Of a stretch of DNA of 64,000 nt, positions 9,100 to 19,643 are shown one piece after another; positions within the stretch are counted from its first letter, which is position 1, and every line of letters starts with the position of its first letter. The translations under genes and the position numbers were made by a program. Source of the stretch: Nitrospirota bacterium. GTDB taxonomy: Bacteria > Nitrospirota > Thermodesulfovibrionia > Thermodesulfovibrionales > Dissulfurispiraceae. The notes beneath the pieces are model-generated. The model worked only from the letters and a program-made list of their open reading frames with translations, was not told where the DNA came from and made no database searches. The stretch is taken from positions 64,001-128,000 of the forward strand of contig CAVPZX010000001.1 of the NCBI GenBank assembly GCA_963710375.1, read 5' to 3'.

Positions 9100-10776
9100 T
9101 CATACGACCTTGAGCAGAATCGCTTCGTTTCCAGCACTATTATAATATATTTCATCCACGAGGGAACGCGCCATCTTCAGTCCTCTACCGTCCACGAATT
9201 CAGGATTGCGAATAGTGTCCCTTAAAATGGTTGTATCGAATCCGGCGCCTTCATCACACACCCGTAACACGGCAAATTCATTGTTGTTATCGACGAGAGC
9301 AGATAAAGTGATGGTTATCCGGGCATGCACATCCCTTTCCTTCGTCATAAGGTATTCTTCGTACTCACCTGCCTTGGCAAGCTTGTTTTTCAGGAGAGAA
9401 CTTATGTTCAGGCTGCCGTGCTCATAGGCGTTCATGATGATCTCTGTATATGCATTGACGAATTCCATGACAAATTCAAAATCGTATCCTGCCGAAGTCA
9501 GAATGCTTTCTACGTCCAGTATTGACCGATTCACTTCCTCAAATAAGGCATTTATACTAAACGATTTCTCCCAGAGAGTATCTCCCTCGAGCTTCCTGAG
9601 AAAAAACATAGTAAGATCATCCTGCATATCACTCATTCTCTCCGAGAACCGGTCGTAGAACATATGGATGAACGAGGAGGAAACAAAATCTCCATCGAGA
9701 TATTCGTCATAAAGCGGGTCAATCAACCCGTCGCTGCATATAAGTATTTTCCTGGTCCGGTGCAATGAGAATTGTTGAACCTCCAGTTCATTAGTACATT
9801 TCATAATCGGCATATTATTACCATGCAGTTTTAGCACGGTGTCGTTGTTCTCCTGGAGATAAAGGGGGGGCATGGAAAAGAGTGCAAAATCCATTATTTC
9901 GTTCTTGAGATCCAGGAGAACAAAAGATGCCGATAAAGATTCATGCTCGTGAAGGTCATTTCGGATAAATTGCTGGAAGCCGCTGACAAACAGAGGAAAG
10001 TCGAACTTGCCCATCATTTTTTCTTTATCAATAAGATAGTTGGCAAAGGTACTGGCATGGTGAGTTGTAAACGATGCGGACAAGCCCTTGCCCATTGCAT
10101 CAATAATGAAAAGAAGAACCTTATCGTCATTCACGGTCCGAACAGAATAACAATCGCCGGAGAGGACATCCTTTGGTACGTAACGGACGTTGAGGAGCCA
10201 CTCTGTTTTCTCCCCATTTTGAGCGGCTACCTCGATTTTTTTGTAATAAAAGTCATTCTTGATAATGCTCAATTGTCTTTCAAATGACAATCTCTCCTCT
10301 AGTGACCGATGGCGATCTTTTTGCTTCATGATGGTCAGCCCATTTTCGAGCAGTTTCTGACGTTCCACGATAATGCGTTGAAGTGCTATCTCAAACGCAT
10401 CAAATAATTTGTCCGTCTTTAATGGTTTAACGATAAACTGTGTGACCCCGATATTTATTGCATCGAAAATTATCGGGTCATCGGCAGGAGAGACAATAAA
10501 AATGACCGGAATCTTCTTGTTTGTTTTTCTGATTTCTTTTAGCATATCCAATCCGCTCAGGGTGGGTAGTTCATTATCTATGATAACTATATCGACAGGG
10601 CCTTGGTGGAACTTTTCGAGTGCCGCTTCGGCCCGTTCCTCGATGACCATTCTCTTGAATAGACTGGAAACGATACTGTTGAAGACGCCTTTTATTGTCG
10701 CATCGTTCGAAACCCCGATGATGGAGAGGAGCTTGGTGATTTTTCTTACGTCGTCAAAACCATTCATTGTTCTCAA
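9100..10776 (-). CDS. Receiver + SpoIIE-type PP2C phosphatase + HATPase_c (anti-sigma kinase-like) fusion
   Basis: Receiver IVIIDNELPTLSGLD...KP; PP2C SGDCY, IDAMGKG, CSDGL, QDDLT; ATPase EIIMNAYEHG, DEGAGFD, GRGL. Confidence 0.85.
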   Translation of the reverse strand: MRTMNGFDDVRKITKLLSIIGVSNDATIKGVFNSIVSSLFKRMVIEERAEAALEKFHQGPVDIVIIDNELPTLSGLDMLKEIRKTNKKIPVIFIVSPADDPIIFDAINIGVTQFIVKPLKTDKLFDAFEIALQRIIVERQKLLENGLTIMKQKDRHRSLEERLSFERQLSIIKNDFYYKKIEVAAQNGEKTEWLLNVRYVPKDVLSGDCYSVRTVNDDKVLLFIIDAMGKGLSASFTTHHASTFANYLIDKEKMMGKFDFPLFVSGFQQFIRNDLHEHESLSASFVLLDLKNEIMDFALFSMPPLYLQENNDTVLKLHGNNMPIMKCTNELEVQQFSLHRTRKILICSDGLIDPLYDEYLDGDFVSSSFIHMFYDRFSERMSDMQDDLTMFFLRKLEGDTLWEKSFSINALFEEVNRSILDVESILTSAGYDFEFVMEFVNAYTEIIMNAYEHGSLNISSLLKNKLAKAGEYEEYLMTKERDVHARITITLSALVDNNNEFAVLRVCDEGAGFDTTILRDTIRNPEFVDGRGLKMARSLVDEIYYNSAGNEAILLKVV

Positions 10777-11656
10777 TTATTTCGAGGGCTTCCTCTTCTA
10801 AAATCCCGATGTCCACGGGGTTCAAATGGAGTTCCTCAAGGGTTATTTTATGATGATAGGGCCATTCTGCTTCATCCTGGTGGAACTTATAGTTTTCGGG
10901 ATCGCAGGCCTGACAGATGAATTCCGAGAGGAAAAGAATGGCGGTCAAATGTTTTTGGTTGGTATCTTTCAGTGCATACATGGATGTATCGTGGTGGTTC
11001 AGGATAACTGTAAGTATCGTATCCGATAGCCCCCATGACTTAGCCATCAGATAACTCATAATGCAATGGTTGGTATGGTAACGGCTCGTTTCAAAGCCGA
11101 TGACCGATTCGAAATTGTCGGGGATTGCTTCCAAGGGCGTTGACGGCATAGCATAATCCGCCATTTTTGCATAACTCGTGTATTTTTTCATTAAAAGGGG
11201 AATACCGCAATCATGAAAAAGGCCGATTACATATGCTTCTTCTTCGAAAGCTAGTTTGAGTTTATGGGCAAAATGAATGCAGATGGCAGCCACGGTAGAT
11301 GAATGCCGCCTGAATTTGTCCAGGATTTGGTTGGCGCCGCCTCCGATGGCATTAAACAGAGATGATGTCAGCACGAGCGAATAGAAGTTGCGGAGACCCA
11401 GGATGTCGAGAGCGTGATGTATAGAGTCTGTTTTCATACCGCCAAAAAAAGGAGAGTTTGCAATTTTCAGGATCGCTGCCGAAAGTGCCACATCTTTACT
11501 AACTGAATCTGCAACCCTGCTGAAATCAGGGCCTGATTTTGACAACTCGTTTCGTATATCGATGAGGGCGTTAGGCAGAGGAGGGATACCGACCTGTCGT
11601 ACGATCTCCTCCGCCTTCCTGATAGTGTCATGAATATTGAAGTTACCCTGCGCCAT
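10754..11656 (-). CDS. HDOD domain protein
   Basis: IPPLP, DVALSAAILKIANSPFFG, GLFHDCG, WGLSDTILTVILNHH. Confidence 0.88.
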   Translation of the reverse strand: MAQGNFNIHDTIRKAEEIVRQVGIPPLPNALIDIRNELSKSGPDFSRVADSVSKDVALSAAILKIANSPFFGGMKTDSIHHALDILGLRNFYSLVLTSSLFNAIGGGANQILDKFRRHSSTVAAICIHFAHKLKLAFEEEAYVIGLFHDCGIPLLMKKYTSYAKMADYAMPSTPLEAIPDNFESVIGFETSRYHTNHCIMSYLMAKSWGLSDTILTVILNHHDTSMYALKDTNQKHLTAILFLSEFICQACDPENYKFHQDEAEWPYHHKITLEELHLNPVDIGILEEEALEIIENNEWF

Positions 11657-11724
11657 AACAGCTGTTAACGATACTCCTTCTTCACTAAGTACTGGTCGGT
11701 TTTTACGATGTCGGGAACCATTGT

Positions 11725-13361
11725 TCAGCTCAACGTGAACGCAGAAGTTTTGTCTCTCAGTTTTTCCAGCAGCATGACCAGATTATCCGTTTCATTGCCT
11801 ATCGCCTTCACCATATCCTCTACATTCTTCGACACTGACAACGTTTTGTCGATATTGATAGATACGTCAAGAGACCCGATGGTATGCTCGTTCACAGACT
11901 GCGGTTATCTTGTTTATCTGAGCATGCGCCTCGTTTATCGCAGCGACTATCAATCCCAGGTTGTCACCTACTTCGCTGATTTGCTGTGTCGCGCTCGTTA
12001 CTTCCTCTGATGCCTTCTCCATGGATACAGTTGTTGTTTTCGTTTCGGCCTGAACAGCGTTTATCTTCTCGGTTATCTCGGCCGTAGCTTTAATTGTGCG
12101 CTCTGCAAGCTTGCGCACTTCATCGGCAACAACGGCAAAACCCCTCCCTTGCTCACCTGCGCGGGCAGCCTCGATTGCAGCGTTGAGGGCCAGAAGGTTT
12201 GTCTGGTCGGCGATATCCTTAATGACCGTTGCGATATCCCCTATTTCCACTACTTTATTGCTGAGGCTTCCCACGGCCCCGGAAAGTTCGAGGTTCGTAT
12301 CATGGACCTTCTTAATTGTCTGGATCGCACTATCGGACACCTCAGCTCCCCTTTCTAGCGATTTTCATTGCAGACTGGGAGCCGGCGTTTGCAGTAGTAG
12401 AGTTTTCGCTGACATTGATAATAGTTTTCATCATTTTGTCAGCCGAAGTGGATATCGTGCCTACCTGTTGAAACTGGACAATTGTTTCAGCCTTTGAACT
12501 TTCAATTTTGACCTTCATGATATCAATAGCAGCCATAACATCATGCATCACTTCGAAAATAGATTGAATGATGGCGTTCAATGACCCCACAACTTTATTT
12601 ATACTTTTTGAGAGTTGTCCAATTTCATCATTGTTTGCATAATCGATTGATACCCTCAAATCGCCATTAGCGAGGGTTTCCACTTCTGAAACCATGCGTG
12701 ACAACGGTTTAGTTATGCTGCGGGAGAACAACCAGCCTGCAGTGGCCATTAGTGCCATGACCAGACTCGTAAATATTGCAACTTTCCAGGCAATTCCCCT
12801 GAACTCCGTGGACACATCATCCAGGTAAACGCCGGTCCCTATTATCCATCCCCATGGTTCAAATCCCATGACATAAGATATTTTCTGGACAGGATCTTTG
12901 AAATCGGGTTTTGGCCATAAGTAATCGACAAAACCGGCTTTATTTTTTTCCACCGTCTCAACAAATTCGACGAAAAGCTTTTTGCCTTCCGGATCCTTGA
13001 AATCGGAGAGATCTTTGCCGTCAAGTTCAGGCTTATAAGGATGCATCACCATTCTGGGCTGCATATCGGTTATAAAGAAATATTCCTTTGAATCATATCT
13101 CAACGATTTGAGAACTGTAATAGCAGTTGTCTTGGCATCTTGCTCCGAAATATTTCCTGTTTTTGAAAGGTTATAGAAATGTTCAAGGACGCTATAGCCC
13201 GTTTCGACGATCTGTCGTGTTTTTACGCGTTTTTCATTAAGCATCGTGCTATGAATAACGTTAAGCAGTCCCCCTATTATGATTCCCATACCTAACAACG
13301 CAATAACGACTATAATCCACAGTTTGAGTTTCAGTGTCAGGCTTTGTGTTAATTTCCCCAT
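11725..13361 (-). CDS. Methyl-accepting chemotaxis protein (Cache + HAMP + MA domain), two frameshifts near 12350 and 11898
   Basis: Cache-like [28 protein letters not shown]; signalling motif [38 protein letters not shown]; the C-terminus continues in a shifted frame to TGA at 11725. Confidence 0.85.
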
Positions 13362-13519
13362 AAGTCTCCCTCCGTTTTCCGTCACATTGCTACAAAAAGA
13401 AAAAAGTTTTGGCTGATATCAAATATACTCTCAGCATATTCATATTGAGACTGCAGTGCCCGAATTGATACAATTTTTTCCGTAGTTGCATGTCTGAATT
13501 CTTTATTGACTTACAGTTA

Positions 13520-13640
13520 AGCAAGGACTATGCCAGACGAGGTAATACATAATCTTCTTGATTTATTGGGATTTCTGAGTAATGTTATACAGGATGGACA
13601 TGAATTAATTCCAATGCCCATGGAAAAAATACATATAAGA
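13520..13640 (-). promoter_or_regulatory. Sigma54 promoter with conserved upstream module (copy 1)
   Basis: CTGGCATAGTCCTTGCT (-24/-12) on the minus strand at 13520-13536; upstream CTCAGAAATCCCAATAAATCAA and TGGAATTAATTCA shared with the copies near 28.9 kb and 41.7 kb. Confidence 0.8.
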
Positions 13641-13673
13641 TATATCCATACACTCCGGCACCGGGCGTGTTTT

Positions 13674-15182
13674 TTATGTAACGCTTTTACTCTCGTTAAT
13701 ACGGAAGTGATCTTCGAATACCTTCCTGAAATGGAATCCGTATATTGAAAACGTTATGGCCAGGGGGAAGAGTTTAGGACGCCTGAAGAGGGACCAGAAG
13801 AAGATCCTCCAGTAGTAGAAACGCTCTTTCCCGATTATCCCCAGTACGAAAGCAGACTTGAATCCCGCCTTCAAGTAGCTGTACCGCATGTGGATTACGT
13901 TTTTCTGAACCGGCCTGTACTCACGCAGAAACTTCTTGACCCTGGCATGGTAATGTTTCGGGGAATAAATGGTATCGATGATTTTTTTATAACCGATGAG
14001 GAGATTATCATAGTTCATTCTAGGAATGAAGTTCATGGAAAGGTCTGTGTTGTCTCCGGTCACTGTCTTTAATAACCTGTTTTCTCTGACAAGCCGGTCA
14101 TAGAGCTTTGTCCCCTTTGGCGCGTTAAGGAGTCCCACCATCGCTGTTACAATACCGCTGTCCTGGATGAACCTTATCATTCTCTCGAATATCGATGCAG
14201 GGTCTTTGTCAAAGCCGACGATAAACCCTGCCTGGACTTCAAGCCCGAAGCTTTGAAGCTTCCTGACACTTGCTATAAGGTCCCGGTTCTTATTTGGTAT
14301 CTTGGTGCATTCCAGCAGGCTTTCTTCGTGAGGAGACTCGATGCCCACAAATACAGTGCTGAACTCAGCGCGGGCCATCATTCTCATGAGGTCCTCGTCG
14401 TCAGCAAGATTGATGGAAGCCTCAGTCGAGAGGTTAAACGGATGTTTTTTAGTGTCCATCCACTGGATAATCGAAGGCAGTATCTCCTCCTTCAGCTTCT
14501 TCTTATTGCCTATGAAGTTGTCGTCCACGAAGAATACTCCGCCTCTCCAGCCAAGCGTGTAGAGTTTCTCCAATTCCCCTATTACCTGCTGACTGCTTTT
14601 TGTCCTGGGGACCCTGCCGTAGAGTGATGTGATGTTACAGAATTCGCACTCGAAAGGACAGCCCCTTGAATACTGGATATTCATGGAGGCGTAGTGCTTC
14701 GGGTTTATCAGCTCCCAGAGGGGGATAGGGGTGGTTGTAATGTCAGCCCATTCATCGGATGCGTATATATGCCGGGGTTGTCCGGCTTTTATATCGTTTA
14801 AAAATAGCGGAAGCGTTATCTCAGCCTCGTTCAGCACCAGATGATCGACATCGGCAAAATCTTCGTATTCATTTGTAAAAAGCGGACCTCCGGCTACTAC
14901 TTCAACACCGATGGACCTGCATCGCTGGATTAAGTTTTTTACCGATTCCTTCTGCACAGACATTGCGCTCAAAAAAACATAATCCGCCCACATAAGATCT
15001 TTGTCTTCCAGTTTTCGCACATTCATATCCACGAGCCGCTTCTCCCATTCAGGAGGAAGCATTGCAGCGATTGTCAGTAACCCCAGGGGAGGATGGACAG
15101 CCTTTTTTGAGATGAATTTAAGGGCATAGGAAAAACTCCAGAACGTATCAGGGTATTCCGGATATACCAGGAGCACTTTCAA
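13674..15182 (-). CDS. B12-binding radical SAM protein (DUF4070-type)
   Basis: PPLGLLTIAAMLP; SRGCPFECEFC (CxxxCxxC); likely TTG start at 15182 behind AAGGAG. Confidence 0.88.
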   Translation of the reverse strand: MKVLLVYPEYPDTFWSFSYALKFISKKAVHPPLGLLTIAAMLPPEWEKRLVDMNVRKLEDKDLMWADYVFLSAMSVQKESVKNLIQRCRSIGVEVVAGGPLFTNEYEDFADVDHLVLNEAEITLPLFLNDIKAGQPRHIYASDEWADITTTPIPLWELINPKHYASMNIQYSRGCPFECEFCNITSLYGRVPRTKSSQQVIGELEKLYTLGWRGGVFFVDDNFIGNKKKLKEEILPSIIQWMDTKKHPFNLSTEASINLADDEDLMRMMARAEFSTVFVGIESPHEESLLECTKIPNKNRDLIASVRKLQSFGLEVQAGFIVGFDKDPASIFERMIRFIQDSGIVTAMVGLLNAPKGTKLYDRLVRENRLLKTVTGDNTDLSMNFIPRMNYDNLLIGYKKIIDTIYSPKHYHARVKKFLREYRPVQKNVIHMRYSYLKAGFKSAFVLGIIGKERFYYWRIFFWSLFRRPKLFPLAITFSIYGFHFRKVFEDHFRINESKSVT

Positions 15183-15292
15183 GTGGAACTCCTTATGTGC
15201 ACGAGAAAAGGTTATTAAAGGCTGAGAAAATGCCAAATTGCATTACTTTTGTATACTAGCATAATTAGGATAGGTTTATAAACTATCGGAAG

Positions 15293-15468
15293 GCAGGAGG
15301 AGTGGAGCACTTGTTTTTCGTCGCGCTGAAACTACCTTTGTCGGCAAATCCCAATGTTTCCATAGCAGCGATCCCCTAATCGGTTCTCAGGTGGGGCTCG
15401 GCGTTACTCGCCCCTTCTACAGTAGACCCGTGCATCGCGTCGAAAAACAAGTGCTGCACTCCTCCTGC
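15293..15468. mobile_element. MITE-like palindromic element (176 bp)
   Basis: 33-bp terminal inverted repeat GCAGGAGGAGTGGAGCACTTGTTTTTCGTCGCG / CGCGTCGAAAAACAAGTGCTGCACTCCTCCTGC with 2 mismatches. Confidence 0.7.
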
Positions 15469-15480
15469 TATTTAATTATA

Positions 15481-17809
15481 TCAGTCCACATTCGCTTCTG
15501 GTGGAGGGGCTTTTTCCACTTTCGCAGGAGCTTCGCTGTATGTAGTCGGCTGCGTGCCTTCTTTGAAAAACTCATATATCTTCGGAGTCTCAGTGTGCTG
15601 CAGCAACCCTAGTATTGTAGTAGGCTCATCGTGTACCAGAAGGCCGGTGGCAGGGTTAACGGGAAGCCTCACGATGCCTTCAGGAACGGTGAAATCCTCA
15701 ACAGGGTCGCCTGCAAGAGCGTCCCTCATGAAGTTTGCCCATATCGGAGCGGCTGCCCTTCCGCCGACCTCACCCCTGCCAAGAGATTTTCTCATATCGT
15801 CAAAACCGACCCATACACATCCCACCAACTGCGGCGTGTACCCGGCAAACCATGCGTCCTTGTAATCGTTACTGGTACCAGTCTTGCCGGCAGTCTGACC
15901 GTCCGATATTTGCCCTCATGCCAGTGCCGTAGCTTATAACGTCCTCCATCATTGAGGTAATTAGAAACGCTGTCTGGGGAGAGATGCTCTCGACACCTTC
16001 AGGCTCATTGCTCTCAAGTACGTTTCCCTGCGCATCCGTGACGTATTTAATTGCGATCGGCTTCATTTTTTCCCCACCATTGGCGAACGTGGCATAAGTA
16101 TATGCCAGTTCCATAGGAGTGACGCTTATTGAACCGAGCGCTATCGTGAGTTCACGGGGCATGTTAGTGTCTATGCCCACGTCTCGTGCAACGGCCATTA
16201 CCTTATCAATGCCTACCGCCTCTACAAGCTTCACGGTTACAACGTTTCTCGAATAGGCGAGAGCCTCCCGCAGTCTGGTAGGACCGTTAAATTTACGGTC
16301 ATAGTTCTCCGGCCGCCACTCTCCGGCAGGTCCTCCGGGATATGAGACCGGCGCGTCGTTGATAATGCTTGCCGGTGTGAAATTGTTCTCCAGCGCAGCG
16401 GCATATATTATAGGTTTAAAGGCAGAACCGGGCTGCCTCTCTGCATTCAGCGCGCGGTTGTACTCGCTTCTGGTGAAACTATAGCCACCCACGATTGCTC
16501 TCACATATCCTGTTTCAGGTTCAACCGCCACTAACGCGCCTTCAATGTCGGGCTCCTGCTCAAGGCTGAATGTGACATTTTTATTTGCAATGCTCCTGAA
16601 TTTCACCCATATTATATCGCCGCGATGGAGGATATCCGTAAGTCTGAAAGCCTTTGCCGATTCAGGCTTCTTCAGGCCTTTGCCGGCGCTATTAAGGGCC
16701 CATAATGCATCACCGAGCAGCAGTTTGCCGGTAAGCCCACGTGCCTTAACAACCGCTTCCCTCGGGCCGACCGACATCACGACCCCTGTCGATATATCTC
16801 CCGCCGATGCGGTAAAAGAGACCTTGTGTTCTTTCGTATCCTCTTTTACCAGATCTTTGTGGCCGATTGGACCCCTCCAGCCGCGCCGTTTATCAACCTC
16901 ACGCAAACCCTCCTGAAGCGCCCGCTGTGCATACATCTGATCGCTTTTGCTGAGCGTTGTATACGCCTTCAGGCCGCCTTTGTATACCATTTCAACTCCA
17001 TATTTCTGTTCCAACTGCTGTCTGACATATTCAAGGAAATAATTGTAGGTGTCGGTGTTTGACCTTAATGACGAAAGAGAGGGTAACGCAGCCTTTGCAG
17101 CGGCCCTTTGAGAGGCGGTTATATATCCTGCCTCTTCCATTCTAGCAAGAACGATTTCCTGCCGTTCCTTTGCTTTTACGAGGTCATTGTAAGGAGAGTA
17201 GGTGGAGGGCGCCTTGATAAGACCTGCCAACATAGCTGCCTCGGGTAGCGTCAGTTGCCCTACTGATTTGCCGAAATATACCCGAGATGCCATCTCTATG
17301 CCATAGGCCCCGTGCCCGAAATATACCTTGTTAAGATATATCTCCAGTATCTCCTTTTTTGAAAGCTCCTTTTCGAGTTTCATTGCAAGCTGGGCCTCGC
17401 GGATCTTTCTTGAGATCGTCTTTTCCGGGGAAAGAAACATTATTTTGGCAAGCTGCTGTGTAATAGTGCTGCCGCCTTCTTTCAGACTCGCATGAATAAT
17501 ATCCTGAACCAGGGCGCGGGCAATTCCTATATAGTCAATGCCTTTATGATGCCAGAAGCGGGAGTCCTCGACGGCAACTACAGCATTTTTTACATTGTCG
17601 GGGATTTTTTCAAAAGGTACAAAGATGCCCCTTTCGACTTTCAACTCTCCGATCAGCGAGTCATCATCGGCATATACTTTTGTCCCGTTGGTGGCACGGT
17701 ATTTTTTGAGTTCAGCTATTGAGGGGGTGCCCTGTGCAATGGCGAGATAACCGCCGGCCGCCGAACCGATGACTATAACCAGAATAAACAAGACCAGCTT
17801 GAAGCGCAT
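15481..17809 (-). CDS. mrcA: Penicillin-binding protein 1A (class A PBP), frameshift near 15898
   Basis: Transglycosylase EDSRF, GGSTITQQLAK; transpeptidase SAFK and SRN. The KTG motif (AGKTGTSNDYKDAWFAG) lies in the shifted frame that joins 15481..15828. Confidence 0.88.
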
Positions 17810-17854
17810 TTATTAATTATAAAAGGATGTGATACAATTTTACAACAACGCGTA

Positions 17855-18325
17855 ATGGCAATGCATTTTTTTAAATATATCAGCCCTGTTGGCAACATAT
17901 ATTGTGTTTTCGCGGGCCCTTTTCTGGTCGAGATGGCTATTCGGGAGCGGCCTGTTCACGCCGCCGGTTTGTCTGAGAGTCCCATGCCGCTCAACAACAG
18001 TTTCAAAGCCGAACTGGATGCCTATTTTGCCGGCAGGCAGAAGATATTCAGGCAAAAAATTAAATTTATTGAAGGGACGGCATTCGAGCGTAAGGTGTGG
18101 AGGGCTTTAAGCGGCATACCTTATGGTGAGACCCGTTCATACCGGTGGATTGCCGAATGCGCAGGCAGTCCGAAAGCGGTGAGAGCGGCAGGGCAGGCTC
18201 TTAAGAAGAATCCATTGCCTATAATACTACCCTGCCATAGGGTCATTGCATCTGACGGGTCTCTTGGCGGTTATTCCGGCGGTGTTGAAGTAAAACAATG
18301 GCTGCTCAGGCACGAAAAAAAATAG
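17855..18325 (+). CDS. ogt: Methylated-DNA-[protein]-cysteine S-methyltransferase
   Basis: IPYGETRSY, RAAG, PCHRV active site. Confidence 0.92.
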   Translation: MAMHFFKYISPVGNIYCVFAGPFLVEMAIRERPVHAAGLSESPMPLNNSFKAELDAYFAGRQKIFRQKIKFIEGTAFERKVWRALSGIPYGETRSYRWIAECAGSPKAVRAAGQALKKNPLPIILPCHRVIASDGSLGGYSGGVEVKQWLLRHEKK

Positions 18326-18338
18326 CGTCGGTATCCAT

Positions 18339-18887
18339 TTAATTGCTATCAGAAGCTGTCAGATAGTTTTCTATTATGTCAGACCATGCTGCATAGCCTT
18401 TCTCGCTCAGGTGCACCCCGTCATTGAGCAGATACTCTTTTTTGGGTTCCGAATCCGGCCCCAAGAATAGACTGTGCAGATCAAGGTAATCCGACTTAAA
18501 TTCTTTCGCTATTCCCCTCAGCGAATCATTAAGCCCCCGTAAGGCTGAATTATCTACCCAGGAGAGTACCACGGGCAGAATGCTTTGGATGACTAATTTT
18601 GAATTGCTGAAAGAAGCGGCAAGAATATTGATAATCCTCTTGTAGCTTGAGATGATTTCGTAATCTTCCATTGCCAGGTTGTTAATGCCGGTCATAATAA
18701 AAATAAGATCCGGTTTTCGGCCTATGTTTTGGATGCTCAGGAGTATTCTGTCCATGCGACCCAAAAGCCCCTCGACCGTTTCCCCGGACACGCCGAGATT
18801 TAAGACAAGAAAGTCAGGGAATCGCTCCTGCCAATCAAAAAACTCCGTCAACGAATCACCAATGAAGACTAAGCACTTATTGTTCAT
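18339..18887 (-). CDS. SGNH/GDSL hydrolase
   Basis: GDSLT, GVSG, GINN, DGVHL; likely start MNNK. Confidence 0.88.
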   Translation of the reverse strand: MNNKCLVFIGDSLTEFFDWQERFPDFLVLNLGVSGETVEGLLGRMDRILLSIQNIGRKPDLIFIMTGINNLAMEDYEIISSYKRIINILAASFSNSKLVIQSILPVVLSWVDNSALRGLNDSLRGIAKEFKSDYLDLHSLFLGPDSEPKKEYLLNDGVHLSEKGYAAWSDIIENYLTASDSN

Positions 18888-18995
18888 TGAAAAGTGGTTA
18901 AACCTCCCTCTGGACCAGCTTTCTATAGTTATTGATATATAAGAATATACTCGGCAAGCTGAATTCTGCAATTGATTTGCTGTATAATTCTCTTA

Positions 18996-19032
18996 AGGGT
19001 CTGCGAATAAGTAACTTGTGCATTCAGACCCT
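18996..19032. repeat. Short remnant related to the end of the 43756-43939 element
   Basis: AGGGTCTGCGAATAAGTAACTTGTGCATTCAGACCCT resembles AGGGCTCGCAAATAAATAACTTGTGCATTCAG; it has its own 8-bp terminal inverted repeat. Confidence 0.55.
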
Positions 19033-19064
19033 AAACGGTTTTATCGAAGGAGTACGGCATTAAT

Positions 19065-19610
19065 ATGGAAGAGATACAGAGATTTCTGAGCGGGAAAGGT
19101 GAAGAAATTATTCTCAGGCCAGCTGGGCCGGACGATGCTGAAAGTATTATCAAAGCTTTGAAATCTTTCGCGCCCGAACGCAGTTATGTTCTGATGGAGC
19201 AGTTCGGCAAGGGCGTAGATGCGGAAAGGGAATATATAAGCAAGTTGAGCAGGGACAACAACCTGCTCCTTGTCGGCGTTGCCGGTGACAATCAGGTCAT
19301 AGGCATTCTCGAGGCCATTCAGTCCGATGGCGGGCAGAGACCGGAAACTGCACATGTGCTTAACATAGGACTACATCTCATAGAGGCGTTTCGCGGATTG
19401 GGCATCGGCTCCCGCATGCTGCAGTACACTGAAGAGTGGGCAAAGGAACATAAATTCAGGGAGCTGGAGACAAGTGTTTTTACAACAAACAAACGTTCTC
19501 TCAATCTGTTCAGAAAAGCCGGTTTTCTGAATGAGTGCACTAAAGCTAAGAGAATAAGAATGGGAAACGAATTTGTCGATGAAGTTATCATCTGCAAGTT
19601 GCTTGACTAA
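19065..19610 (+). CDS. GNAT family N-acetyltransferase
   Basis: FRGLGIGSRML acetyl-CoA motif; NKRSLNLFRKAGF. Confidence 0.85.
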   Translation: MEEIQRFLSGKGEEIILRPAGPDDAESIIKALKSFAPERSYVLMEQFGKGVDAEREYISKLSRDNNLLLVGVAGDNQVIGILEAIQSDGGQRPETAHVLNIGLHLIEAFRGLGIGSRMLQYTEEWAKEHKFRELETSVFTTNKRSLNLFRKAGFLNECTKAKRIRMGNEFVDEVIICKLLD

Positions 19611-19643
19611 GAACGTATACCCATTCTCTGATTGGCCGCAACC

